Of a stretch of DNA of 64,000 bases, positions 27,941 to 37,301 are shown piece after piece. This stretch comes from a virus. The stretch is from IMG/VR virus record IMGVR_UViG_3300009177_000031, positions 1 through 64,000 of that record, one strand, 5' to 3'. Position 1 is the stretch's first letter, and each line of letters begins with the position of its first letter. The notes under the pieces are model-generated. The model made no database searches and was not told where the DNA came from. It was given only the letters and a program-made list of their open reading frames with translations. Both the position numbers and the translations under genes were made by a program.

Positions 27941-28405
27941 ATGCCAAATCGCGAGAAGTCGAACCACGTCGTGTTCCGCACCGTCAATCGCGGTGACGGA
28001 AAGAAGGGCATCGAGGCGCACACGCCTGAGAAGGTGCTTCCGATCCACGACAAGAAGGAACTCGAAGCGCAGCTGAAGCACTACGCGAAGTTTCTTCTAT
28101 CGCTGACGACAGGAAGTAACGTCGCTGCGCGTCGGAAGTATGTCGAGCTGATTCGTCCGGCGCTGCGCTACTACTGCAAGAAGTTCAACGTGCAGGCACC
28201 GAAGTGGCTCGCAAACGACGACTACTACACCAAGACGATGGACACCGCGACGAAGCAGCAGATGTTCGGCATGCGCCCGCTTCGCATCGGGGAGTTTCAG
28301 AAGCTGAAGCCGGTCGAAGGTGTCGAGAGCGTTTCGTATCCAGGCAAGGAGCCGGATGCGGAGGAGCAAGGAGCAAAGGCAAATGGGCAAGCCCCTCAGC
28401 GATAA
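27941..28405 (+). CDS. hypothetical head-region protein
   Basis: Packed between the SNF2 and MuF-like genes. Confidence 0.7.
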   Translation: MPNREKSNHVVFRTVNRGDGKKGIEAHTPEKVLPIHDKKELEAQLKHYAKFLLSLTTGSNVAARRKYVELIRPALRYYCKKFNVQAPKWLANDDYYTKTMDTATKQQMFGMRPLRIGEFQKLKPVEGVESVSYPGKEPDAEEQGAKANGQAPQR

Positions 28406-29336
28406 GCAACGAGAGAAGATCAGCAAGCTGATTGCTGACCATCACCTCGCGTTTGCCGTCGAGGTGCTTGGGCCTGACGCGATTCCGCGCGCTGAGCTTC
28501 AGCGTTTGCAGCGTGAAGGCATCCTGAAGCAGCACGAAGTCGAGCACGCGCAGGTTGCGATTCCAGCTGCGCACATGCTTGGCAAGCAAGCAGCGTCAAA
28601 CGCGCAGCTCGCGCGCATGCCGCCAGAGCAGTTCTGGCAGTTCATCGAGCACGCACCGCCGCAGTTCAGCAAGCACGATCTCGACGCGATGAACGCGGCG
28701 AAAGCTGTGGTTGGTCGTTTGATCGTCAACCTCGGTGTCGGTTTGCTCAACGAGTTCGAGAGTGCCAGCCATGAAGAAGCAGCAAAGCTTCGTCAGGAAG
28801 CGTTGGGGGTTGTACAACACGAGGTTGCGCTCGGCATCGCACGACGTTCTGCGAAGGAGAAAATCCAGCGTCGCTTGCGAGACAAGCTCGGCGAGTCGGA
28901 ACGCAATTGGGCGCTTGTGGTACAAACCGAACTCCACAACGCGCAGGAGTACGGCAAGGCGCTCGGACTCGGCGCTGACGGGCGAGACCCGATCGTCTAC
29001 AAGCGGCCACGTCCTGACGCTTGTCGTTTCTGCAAGCTCCTGTACCTCGTCGATGGTGTACGTCCTCGTCTCTTCCGTCTCTCAGTGCTCGTGAAGAACG
29101 GCACGAACTACGGAAAGCGTGCGCGACGTCCTTCGTTCCGTGGTGCAGGCGCAACGGAATGGAAGGCGACCGTCGGCTGCGTGCATCCTGGTTGTCAGTG
29201 CGAGATGCACCAGATGCCGGAAGGCATGACGTTCGACAAGCAGGGGAAGCTCGTTGCGTCTGTGCGCAAGAGCATCGAGCCTGACGTTCTCACCGCCGAT
29301 CTTCGGAAGCTCATCGGTCACCGGTGCGTCGCATGA
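28383..29336 (+). CDS. head morphogenesis protein (MuF/SPP1 gp7-like)
   Basis: QTELHNA...G, DACRFC and VHPGCQC motifs; lies between portal and protease. Confidence 0.8.
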   Translation: MGKPLSDKQREKISKLIADHHLAFAVEVLGPDAIPRAELQRLQREGILKQHEVEHAQVAIPAAHMLGKQAASNAQLARMPPEQFWQFIEHAPPQFSKHDLDAMNAAKAVVGRLIVNLGVGLLNEFESASHEEAAKLRQEALGVVQHEVALGIARRSAKEKIQRRLRDKLGESERNWALVVQTELHNAQEYGKALGLGADGRDPIVYKRPRPDACRFCKLLYLVDGVRPRLFRLSVLVKNGTNYGKRARRPSFRGAGATEWKATVGCVHPGCQCEMHQMPEGMTFDKQGKLVASVRKSIEPDVLTADLRKLIGHRCVA

Positions 29337-30202
29337 CTCAGCTCGAAACCATCGTGAAGCGGATGAAGCCGGTCTCGATCAAGATGATCGCGGAAGGCAA
29401 CGTCGGCGCACGTCTGGTGACGTATCCGAACGGCGCGCAGGTCGTGATGAAGATCTGTTCGTCTGTAACGACGAAGAACCAGCGCACGACGCAACGCGGT
29501 CTGCCCACCGAGACAGAACCGAAGCGCGAAGTCGCGTTCTATCGGCTGTGCAAGTTGCTCGGTTGGGACATCGTGCCGGAAACCGTTTTGGGCGAATTCG
29601 CCGGTTTCCCTGCGTCGTTTCAGCAATACATGACGGCGGCGAAGCTCTACGACGTGGAGCCGCGCCTGCGGAACCCGGGCAAGAACAGGGTGGCGTGGCA
29701 GATCGCGCTGCGCGAAACCTTGCGAGACAAGGTTCCATTTGAAGACACGCTGCGCCTGACAGTGCTAGATTTCCTGGCAGGGTCGCGCGATCGTCATGCT
29801 GCTAATTATGGTGTTCGTTTGGATGTGTCTGCCAACAAAGCTCGTTGGCGACTCATCGGTTGGGACAACGGTTGCTCGTTTGGTTTGACGCAAGCGTTGT
29901 ACAAATGCGTCGCTCACAAGTGGGTCTTCCGTTACGCGTTCGATCTGTCGACTGTTTGGGATGACCTTCGACGCATTCGACGTTCAGAACTCGCTTCTGC
30001 ACTGAGTGGCCTGATCGACGACGAAGCTATCGACCACGTTTGGCATCGAGTTCAGTTTGTACTCACGTTTCCACATCGCATGCCGTGGAAGACGCTTTCG
30101 CAAGGGCATGACGACGGTGACTCCTTTCCGTCGTACGCAGAATGGTTCAAACCGATGCTGGGCACCAAACCCTTCTACATCTTGCAAACGCAGGCGCTGT
30201 AG
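29333..30202 (+). CDS. PI3/PI4-kinase/HipA-like protein kinase
   Basis: VMK, REVAFY.L..LLG...VPET, catalytic DRHAAN, DNGCSF; ATGA coupling. Confidence 0.8.
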   Translation: MTQLETIVKRMKPVSIKMIAEGNVGARLVTYPNGAQVVMKICSSVTTKNQRTTQRGLPTETEPKREVAFYRLCKLLGWDIVPETVLGEFAGFPASFQQYMTAAKLYDVEPRLRNPGKNRVAWQIALRETLRDKVPFEDTLRLTVLDFLAGSRDRHAANYGVRLDVSANKARWRLIGWDNGCSFGLTQALYKCVAHKWVFRYAFDLSTVWDDLRRIRRSELASALSGLIDDEAIDHVWHRVQFVLTFPHRMPWKTLSQGHDDGDSFPSYAEWFKPMLGTKPFYILQTQAL

Positions 30203-30226
30203 AGGTACTCCTAGGAGCCGGGTTCA

Positions 30227-30973
30227 ATGCGTGACAACGACCTTCTAGACGGCAAAGACGACTTCTTGATTTGGACGCCGAGCTGCGTCGAGATCATCAT
30301 GAAGGCTGGTGTCGACATCGAGCGCACGCGTCCAATCGGTGGAACGTGTTCGACCGAGCGTCTCGATCGCCAGGACGAGAAGGTGTTCGCGAAGGGACTC
30401 GACTTCAACGAGTTCGTGAACCACGGCTACTTCAACGACAACCACAAGCAGAACACGGCTGACATCCTCGGCTATCCGAACATGGCCGAGCTACGCAAGG
30501 GTCGTTGGTGGACCGAAGGCAACTTGCTTCTCGATTGGGAGCCTGCAAATCGTGTTTGGGCGCTCGCGAAAGCGCTCTCAAAGAGCACTGCGAAACGCAG
30601 GCTCGGCTTCTCGATCGAAGGCAAGGTAACGGAGCGCGGTTACGACAACCGCATCACGAAGGCGATCATTCGCCACGTCGCAATCACCAATTCGCCGGTG
30701 AACACCGATTGCACGTGGGACATTCTCGCGAAGGCGTTTGGCTCGATGGAGGAGCTGGAAGGTGCTTCGTTGCGTCGCGCGCTGAGCGCGGGTGCTTCGT
30801 CGCCGGGTTCCAGTGGAGGCGCAGCGCTCGCAGGTGGGCGTGTGGAGCGCAAGCCGATCGAGCTGACGTTCGACGAAGCGGTGAAGGTTCTTAAAGCGCA
30901 TCGTCCGCAGTACGCGTGGGGAACGTGCGAGCGGCTCGCTCGTGTGATTTTCAAACAAGAACGGAGGAACTGA
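30227..30973 (+). CDS. prohead (capsid maturation) protease
   Basis: G.CST..LDRQDE....GLDF, YFNDNH, LGFSIEG (catalytic Ser), VAIT..PVN. Confidence 0.9.
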   Translation: MRDNDLLDGKDDFLIWTPSCVEIIMKAGVDIERTRPIGGTCSTERLDRQDEKVFAKGLDFNEFVNHGYFNDNHKQNTADILGYPNMAELRKGRWWTEGNLLLDWEPANRVWALAKALSKSTAKRRLGFSIEGKVTERGYDNRITKAIIRHVAITNSPVNTDCTWDILAKAFGSMEELEGASLRRALSAGASSPGSSGGAALAGGRVERKPIELTFDEAVKVLKAHRPQYAWGTCERLARVIFKQERRN

Positions 30974-30974
30974 A

Positions 30975-31328
30975 ATGGCAAAGCGAACTCCTACGGGCAA
31001 GCCGCTTACGGGTGCTCAAATCCAACAGGCCAACGACCTGATGGGAACTGTCACGTTCACCGGATCGGTGATCGTGTCGCTCAACAACGTCATCATCCGT
31101 CGCAAGGGCAACAAGATCTTGTCCTCGACGGATCTGAAGAGCTTCTTCATCACCGGTCTCACCTTCATCGATGCTGGTGGTGCCGCGACGGTTCACCGTC
31201 TCGCGGCGGTGAACAACGGCGATGGCACCTTCACGATCAACGCGTCGAAGGAGACCGGTGTCGCCGGCACGTACGCCACCGCGACGAACCCCTGCACCGT
31301 CACCTGGTGCGTCACGCTCGCGCAGTAA
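30975..31328 (+). CDS. hypothetical virion (possible head decoration) protein
   Basis: GGAGG RBS; Thr/Gly-rich beta protein in the head module. Confidence 0.7.
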   Translation: MAKRTPTGKPLTGAQIQQANDLMGTVTFTGSVIVSLNNVIIRRKGNKILSSTDLKSFFITGLTFIDAGGAATVHRLAAVNNGDGTFTINASKETGVAGTYATATNPCTVTWCVTLAQ

Positions 31329-31381
31329 CGAAGGCATCTAAACGCCGTTGAGGCGTTCGACATCTTGCAAAGGAGAAACAC

Positions 31382-31777
31382 ATGTCTCGTCAGAATCTCG
31401 TGCGCTTCAACGTTGGCGGTAAGGATCCGCTCACTCCATTCGGCGTCAAGGTGAGCACCTCGTTCACCATCCCGACGACGAAGCAAGTCGCTTCCGCGGT
31501 CGATTCCGCGTTCGGCGGCGCCAACCTCGCATCGATCATCAACACCGTTGGTGGTCAGCTGCTTCTCGCGATGAACGATGGCGCGGCCGGTACGGCGTGC
31601 GTCTTCGATCTCACGATGCAAGACGTTTGCGATCTGCGTCCTGGTGACGTGGTCGCGATGTCTGCGGTCGCGACGAACATCGTCACGCTGACGGTCACCA
31701 GCGTCGACGGTACGGTGCGCACCTTCCTCATCACCGGCGTCACCACCACGGCGACCGTCGTCGGCTACTTCGCGTAA
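31382..31777 (+). CDS. hypothetical virion (possible head decoration) protein
   Basis: AAAGGAG RBS; strongly biased codon usage. Confidence 0.7.
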   Translation: MSRQNLVRFNVGGKDPLTPFGVKVSTSFTIPTTKQVASAVDSAFGGANLASIINTVGGQLLLAMNDGAAGTACVFDLTMQDVCDLRPGDVVAMSAVATNIVTLTVTSVDGTVRTFLITGVTTTATVVGYFA

Positions 31778-31813
31778 GCGAAGCGGTTGCAAAACCACCA
31801 AGGAGAAACGCAA

Positions 31814-32833
31814 ATGGCAAATCCAAGCCAAGACGAACTTCTCGCCGAGCTGGATAAGCTGGAGAAGTCGACGCTCAAGAAGGGTGGCGACGCACTTCAG
31901 AACGCCCCACACGACGGTGGTTTTGCCACCCAAGGGACGAACATCCAGGAGAAGGCGAAGAAGATGTACAAGGCTCTCCGCAAGGGAGGGTTCTCGAAGA
32001 AGGAAGCGAAGAAGGCCGTCTACAAGGCGTTCGGCGACGAGGAAAGCTCGTCGGACGAGTCTTCGGCGATGTCTTCGGTCGAGAAGGCGATCGGAAGCGC
32101 CGATTCGATGTCGAGCGATGATGCGAGCGGCGATGACGAATCGTCGGATGGCACGTCGAGCGAAGACGAATCGTCCGACGAGTCTTCGGCGATGTCGTCG
32201 CCGATGAAGAAGTCGACCGGCGCTGCGGCGATGGCGAACGCTGTCGCTGGCGCGAAGCCGCAAGAGGATTCGATTCGCAAGGCGCTCACCGACGAGCATC
32301 CTGACGTCGCTGGTGCGCTCGATGCGGTTCCGATTCTCGGTCAGCTGATCGACGCAATCGATCGCATGGCCAAGGGCGGTGGCAAGTCGAGCAAGAAGGC
32401 GCTGGGCAGCATTCGCAAGGCGCTCGTCGCCGAGTCGGAAGCGCGCAACGACTTCAACAGCCGTCTCGCGAAGGCGCTCGTGCACATGACCGGGCGCATG
32501 ATCGGCATCGAGGATCTCGTGAAGAAGATGGCGAGCGAGCCGGTGAACACCGGCAATCGTCAGCCGTCGCTTCGCAAGAGCGATTTGCAGCAACCGTCGT
32601 TTCACGATGGCGGTACGCAGCGAATCACCGGTGGCAACGGCGATCCCAACCAGGTGTCGCCGCTGACGCAACTTCCCTACCTGCAAATCCAAGAGGCTCT
32701 CACCGAGCTGTGCATGAAGGGCGGTGCCGAGCTGATGGACATCACGAAGTTCGAGAACAGCAAGGGCGACCTGCGGCTGTTGCCGCCGAACGTCATCGAG
32801 CAACTGGAGAAGCGTCTCTGCGCTGCGGCGTAA
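31814..32833 (+). CDS. capsid scaffolding-like protein
   Basis: Immediately upstream of the MCP; acidic Ser-rich repeat; about 10 xxK-A/S/G sites. Confidence 0.7.
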   Translation: MANPSQDELLAELDKLEKSTLKKGGDALQNAPHDGGFATQGTNIQEKAKKMYKALRKGGFSKKEAKKAVYKAFGDEESSSDESSAMSSVEKAIGSADSMSSDDASGDDESSDGTSSEDESSDESSAMSSPMKKSTGAAAMANAVAGAKPQEDSIRKALTDEHPDVAGALDAVPILGQLIDAIDRMAKGGGKSSKKALGSIRKALVAESEARNDFNSRLAKALVHMTGRMIGIEDLVKKMASEPVNTGNRQPSLRKSDLQQPSFHDGGTQRITGGNGDPNQVSPLTQLPYLQIQEALTELCMKGGAELMDITKFENSKGDLRLLPPNVIEQLEKRLCAAA

Positions 32834-32874
32834 GCAGACAGCAACGACGAAACGCAAACTGAAAGGAGTCTGAG

Positions 32875-34275
32875 ATGGAAGGCAATCACGTTGGTCTGTC
32901 TGACTACGAGGGACTGACCGGGTTCGGTCTGCTCCCGACCGGAGACACCGAGGAGATCCAAAAGGCTCTCTCGGCCGGCTACCAATCGCCGCGTCACGAC
33001 GGCGGTTCCGCACTGCGCGTGGAGTCGCTCGAAGCGACGCTGCGCATCCTCACGTTCTCGCAAGGACACGTGAAGCTCTGGAAGGACATTCCGAAGCTTC
33101 CGGCGTACTCGACGAGCGAGGAGTACACCGTGCAAACGGCGTACGGCGGTGAGAACGGACCGTTCACTCGTGAAGGCGAGCTTCCGCAAGTCCAGGATGC
33201 GACGTACGAGCGTCGTGTCGAGCTGGTGAAGTTCCTCGGCACGCAGCGCGAAGTGACGCATCCGGCGACGCTCGTGCGCAATGCGTACGGCAACATCATC
33301 GCTCGCGAGACGCAGAACGGCGCGATCTGGCTGATGGAGCGTCTGGAGCGCAACCTGTTCCGCGGTCAAGCGTCGGTCATCCCGGAGTGCTTCGACGGCA
33401 TCGACGAGCAGATCCTCCGCGATCCGTTCGCGAGCGCGAACAACGTGCTCGATCTTCGCGGCGGTCCGATCACGGAAGACGTGATGGAAGAGGCGACGAA
33501 CATCATCGTGGAGAACTACGGTCTCTCCTCGGCGCTGTACCTCGCACCGCGCGCGCATTCGGACATGTCGAAGCAGTTCTACTCGCGTCAGCGCGGTGGC
33601 TTCGGCGAGCGCGAGGGTCGCATCGGCTACTCGGCGAAGATGATGGAGACGAACGCGGGCGACATCGCGCTTCGTGGCGACATCTTCCTGCGCAGCGGCA
33701 AGAACAACGGCGTCAAGACGGCACCGGCCGGCCAGACGTCGGTGCGCGCGCCGAACGCTCCGACGACGGTCACGGGCGCGCACGGCGCGAACGCTGGCTC
33801 GCTGTTCGGTGCGGCGGATGCCGGCACGTACCAGTATTGCGTCACCGCGCTGAACCGCTTCGGCGAGTCGGCGCTGACGCAGGTTGCTGGTGGCGTTGCG
33901 CCGGTGTCCGGTGACGCGGTCACGCTCACGATCACCGATGGTGGTGGTGGTGACACGGCCACGGGTTACCGCGTCTACCGCTCGAAGAACGGTGGTGCGG
34001 TGGGCACGGAGCAATTCGTGCTCGACATCCCGCGTCCGACCGGCGCGGCGACGACGGCGTTCGTCGACGTCAACCAGTTCCTGCCAGGCACGTCGCGCGC
34101 GTACCTGTTGCAGATGAACCTGCAATCGCTGTCGTTCCGACAGCTCGCTCCGATGATGAAGATCCCGCTCGCGACGCTCGCCGCGTCGATCCGCTGGATG
34201 CAGCTCATCTACGGAACGCCGATCGTGTACGCACCGCGCAAGAACCTGATCCTCATCAACGTCGCCGACGACTGA
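32875..34275 (+). CDS. major capsid protein (A511/Twort/SPO1 type)
   Basis: KALSAGY...GGSALRVESLE...LTF...WKDI.K.PA.ST...FTREG...KF, parallel to Herelleviridae Cps; FDGI motif; strong RBS. Confidence 0.95.
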   Translation: MEGNHVGLSDYEGLTGFGLLPTGDTEEIQKALSAGYQSPRHDGGSALRVESLEATLRILTFSQGHVKLWKDIPKLPAYSTSEEYTVQTAYGGENGPFTREGELPQVQDATYERRVELVKFLGTQREVTHPATLVRNAYGNIIARETQNGAIWLMERLERNLFRGQASVIPECFDGIDEQILRDPFASANNVLDLRGGPITEDVMEEATNIIVENYGLSSALYLAPRAHSDMSKQFYSRQRGGFGEREGRIGYSAKMMETNAGDIALRGDIFLRSGKNNGVKTAPAGQTSVRAPNAPTTVTGAHGANAGSLFGAADAGTYQYCVTALNRFGESALTQVAGGVAPVSGDAVTLTITDGGGGDTATGYRVYRSKNGGAVGTEQFVLDIPRPTGAATTAFVDVNQFLPGTSRAYLLQMNLQSLSFRQLAPMMKIPLATLAASIRWMQLIYGTPIVYAPRKNLILINVADD

Positions 34276-34286
34276 TGTAGGGACGT

Positions 34287-34324
34287 AAAGCGAGTGAGCG
34301 TGCTGTTTGGCGCTCGCTTGTTTT
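34287..34324 (+). terminator. intrinsic terminator after major capsid gene
   Basis: Stem AAAGCGAGTGAGCG / CGCTCGCTTGTTTT ending in a T run. Confidence 0.7.
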
Positions 34325-34361
34325 GCTGCTTCTACACCCACTCATCAGAAGGAGATTGCAA

Positions 34362-34964
34362 ATGGAGAACGCTGCTACGAACGACGATGTGAAGACGATG
34401 GATCCGAACACGATGATCAAGCTGAACGTCGTGTCCAAGGATAATGCTGGACGTGCGCCGTCGACACGATGGGGCAAGGTCTCGTTCGACGAGAACGGCG
34501 AGGGTACCGTCGAGATGCCGCTCAAGGACATCGCTCTCTTCAGCCAGCTGAAGTGGTTGCGACCGGAGGACATGGAGAAGTATCTCGGCATCAGCCAGCA
34601 AGCTGCGGCTGTGGTGACGACGGAGCAAGCGAGCGATCTACAGCAACAGCTCGACGCGACGAAGTCTGCAAACGTGCGCCTCGCTACGAAGAACGCCGAG
34701 CTGGAAGCGAAGCTCGACGAGATCCTCGCGCGGTACCAGAAGGAGTTCAAGGGGTACGAGGAGAAGGTGATGGCGGACATGCAATCGATTCGCGAGGATC
34801 TCGACAAGGCGAATGATCGCATGAACGCGGTTGCCGCCGAGAACGATGCGCTGAAGAACGAGAACGCCGCGCTGAAGGCGCAGCTCGCACCGCCTGCGGA
34901 GAAGGCGCCCGAGACGAAGCCGGAAACCCCGGCTGCGAAGGCCGAGAAGGCGGCGAAGAAGTAA
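34362..34964 (+). CDS. hypothetical coiled-coil protein
   Basis: AAGGAG RBS; heptad-rich. Confidence 0.75.
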   Translation: MENAATNDDVKTMDPNTMIKLNVVSKDNAGRAPSTRWGKVSFDENGEGTVEMPLKDIALFSQLKWLRPEDMEKYLGISQQAAAVVTTEQASDLQQQLDATKSANVRLATKNAELEAKLDEILARYQKEFKGYEEKVMADMQSIREDLDKANDRMNAVAAENDALKNENAALKAQLAPPAEKAPETKPETPAAKAEKAAKK

Positions 34965-34967
34965 CCG

Positions 34968-35768
34968 ATGTCGCTCTCTGATGGTGATATCTCGCTCAGC
35001 CGCTCGGATTTGACTCCGACGTGGCTGAAGAAGAACTTCCTGACCGGTCTCCAATTCGTTGATGAGCACGGCACGGAGTACGGCGACGACTTCTTCGACT
35101 ACCATTTGAGCAATGCGGTAGCGAAGTTGGAGAAGCTCTGCGACATCGCCATTCTTGAGCTGGACATCAAGAGCGAGGAACACGATTACCTCGTCACCGA
35201 TTACCTGAATTGGGGCTGGATGCAGCTCTACAAGGTGCCTGTGAAGCAGGTCAACGAGCTTCGAGGCGTCTACCCGCTCGGTACAAACGTAGTGAAGTAC
35301 CCGAACGAATGGATTCAGGTGAACGGTGAAGCGGGCCAAATCAACGTCGTTCCCACACAAGGTGCAATTGGCGCGGTGATCATCGGACAAGGTGGTGACT
35401 TCGTGCCGCTCGTTTACGGTGGTGTCTCGCGCGTGCCGAACCTTTGGCAAGTCGATTACGTGGCTGGAATGGATCCTGACAACATGCCGCGCATGGTTGT
35501 CGAAGGCATCGCAAAGCTCGCGTGCATGGACTTGCTCACGATCGTCAGCGACACCACGCGACCGGTAGGTGTGACGAGTCAGAGCGCTTCCGTCGATGGC
35601 CTGTCGCAAAGCCAGAGCTACGCGGTTCCTGCGTTCCAAGGACGTTTGCAGCGCTACACGGCCGATCTGTACGGTCCTGAAGGCAAGCAACAGGATCTCA
35701 CGATGACGTCTGGTTTGCTGCGCCAGATCCGAGACGCGTATCGACCGATCACGTTGGCGAGCATCTAA
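34968..35768 (+). CDS. head-tail connector (neck) protein
   Basis: Position after the MCP; AVAKLEK..DI, HDY, VDYVAG and SVDGLSQS motifs. Confidence 0.7.
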   Translation: MSLSDGDISLSRSDLTPTWLKKNFLTGLQFVDEHGTEYGDDFFDYHLSNAVAKLEKLCDIAILELDIKSEEHDYLVTDYLNWGWMQLYKVPVKQVNELRGVYPLGTNVVKYPNEWIQVNGEAGQINVVPTQGAIGAVIIGQGGDFVPLVYGGVSRVPNLWQVDYVAGMDPDNMPRMVVEGIAKLACMDLLTIVSDTTRPVGVTSQSASVDGLSQSQSYAVPAFQGRLQRYTADLYGPEGKQQDLTMTSGLLRQIRDAYRPITLASI

Positions 35769-36622
35769 TGGCAGTGAAGCAGCTCGGTGGAGTTCGTGTT
35801 GATGGTGATCCAAACCAGATCGCCCAACCCTCGCCTTCACCGAACGTGCGTGGTGACCAAGACGGCTTCAACGTTCCGCTCGATCGCGATCTGTTCACGA
35901 AGCTGATCAAGTCACACGGCTACGATGTCACATGGGAGAAGGCAACCTTCTGTCCGTTCCTCAAGGGCACCGATCCGAAGGCGCACGATCTCAATTGCAC
36001 GCAGTGTCACAACGGCTTCATGTACTACGGCTTGGTGCCGACGCGAATGCACCTAGCGCCGCTCAACGTGCAGCAACAGTTCTTCGCGTACGGTCGCTTC
36101 GACAGCGGTAAGGCACAGATCACCGCGTATCCAGAGTTCAAGATGTCGTTCTTCGATCGCATCACGCTCACGAAAGCGCGAGCGCGACACTCGGATCGCG
36201 TGATGCGGCAACGAGGCACGAACCGAGACCGTCCGAAGTTCAATCCGATCTCGGTGGACGATTTGCGCTGGGCGACAGGTGATAAGACGATCGGTATCGC
36301 GGTGCAGAACACCGACTTCACGCTCGATGCGGTGACAGGTGAGATCGTCTGGCTCACGAACAATCGACCAAACGCGGATCAGCTCTACAGCATCGTGTAC
36401 TACTTCCATCCGCAGTACATCGTGCTCGACGTTCCTCACCACATTCGCGACCAACCCATTCTTGGTGCCGACACGTCGACGGATCAGCAATGGGAGTTTC
36501 CGGTTCAGGTCGTTGCGCAAATCGATCAGTTCATCCGTGACGAGCGATTGGACCCAAGTAATGAAGGTGCGGCTGTCAATCCATTCCCGGCTCAAGGCCA
36601 AACTCGTTGGCAAGGTTCGTGA
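35768..36622 (+). CDS. neck/head-closure protein
   Basis: WEKA..CP...C..C..G and FDRIT pattern of Herelleviridae-like neck proteins. Confidence 0.65.
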   Translation: MAVKQLGGVRVDGDPNQIAQPSPSPNVRGDQDGFNVPLDRDLFTKLIKSHGYDVTWEKATFCPFLKGTDPKAHDLNCTQCHNGFMYYGLVPTRMHLAPLNVQQQFFAYGRFDSGKAQITAYPEFKMSFFDRITLTKARARHSDRVMRQRGTNRDRPKFNPISVDDLRWATGDKTIGIAVQNTDFTLDAVTGEIVWLTNNRPNADQLYSIVYYFHPQYIVLDVPHHIRDQPILGADTSTDQQWEFPVQVVAQIDQFIRDERLDPSNEGAAVNPFPAQGQTRWQGS

Positions 36623-37301
36623 CGCCACCAACGCGGTGATGGAGAGCGCGGTTTCACACGCAATCGACGCTCTCTCGAACATCGCGGACTCGGAGCTTCA
36701 CGGCACTGCGCAAGCGTACAAGGATGGTTTGCGCAACGCGGTCACGGCGAAGAACGGAACGCTCAAGATCGAATTGACAGGAGTAGCGAAGGATCTCGAA
36801 GTCGGCTATCCAGCGCGCGACATGAAGAAGGAGCTGCTAGCGTCACCGAGCGCGAAGCAGGGCAAGAATGGGAAGTACATCGACATCCCATTCAAGCACA
36901 AGATGAGCGAGGCACCGACGGAGATCAAAGCGAAGGCGCAGGCAGCGATTCGCGCAGAGAACAGCCGAGCGAAGCTAGAGAACAGAGACCCACGCAATCC
37001 GATGCGTGTCATCGGCAACCTGCCAGGCAAGAAGAACGTCCAGCAACGGTTCAACGCACGAGGTGGAACGAAGCAGGTAGAGGTGCAGCACAAGACGAGC
37101 GTGTTCTCGAACATGATCAGGACGAAGCTCGGAAGCAATCAAGCATCGTACAACACGATTCGCCGCATCTCTGCAAACAGCGACCCGCAATCGTGGCACC
37201 ACCCCGGCTTCAAAGGCATCCATGCTCTGAAGCGCATCGAGAAAGACCTTCGCCAGATGTTGCGTAAGGAACTCAAACGAGAGCTACAGCGGAACAAATG
37301 A
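36561..37301 (+). CDS. neck/tail-completion protein
   Basis: LE.G..ARDMK, Y.DIPF.H and RRIS.NS.P.SW.HPG; start uncertain. Confidence 0.65.
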   Translation: MKVRLSIHSRLKAKLVGKVRDATNAVMESAVSHAIDALSNIADSELHGTAQAYKDGLRNAVTAKNGTLKIELTGVAKDLEVGYPARDMKKELLASPSAKQGKNGKYIDIPFKHKMSEAPTEIKAKAQAAIRAENSRAKLENRDPRNPMRVIGNLPGKKNVQQRFNARGGTKQVEVQHKTSVFSNMIRTKLGSNQASYNTIRRISANSDPQSWHHPGFKGIHALKRIEKDLRQMLRKELKRELQRNK

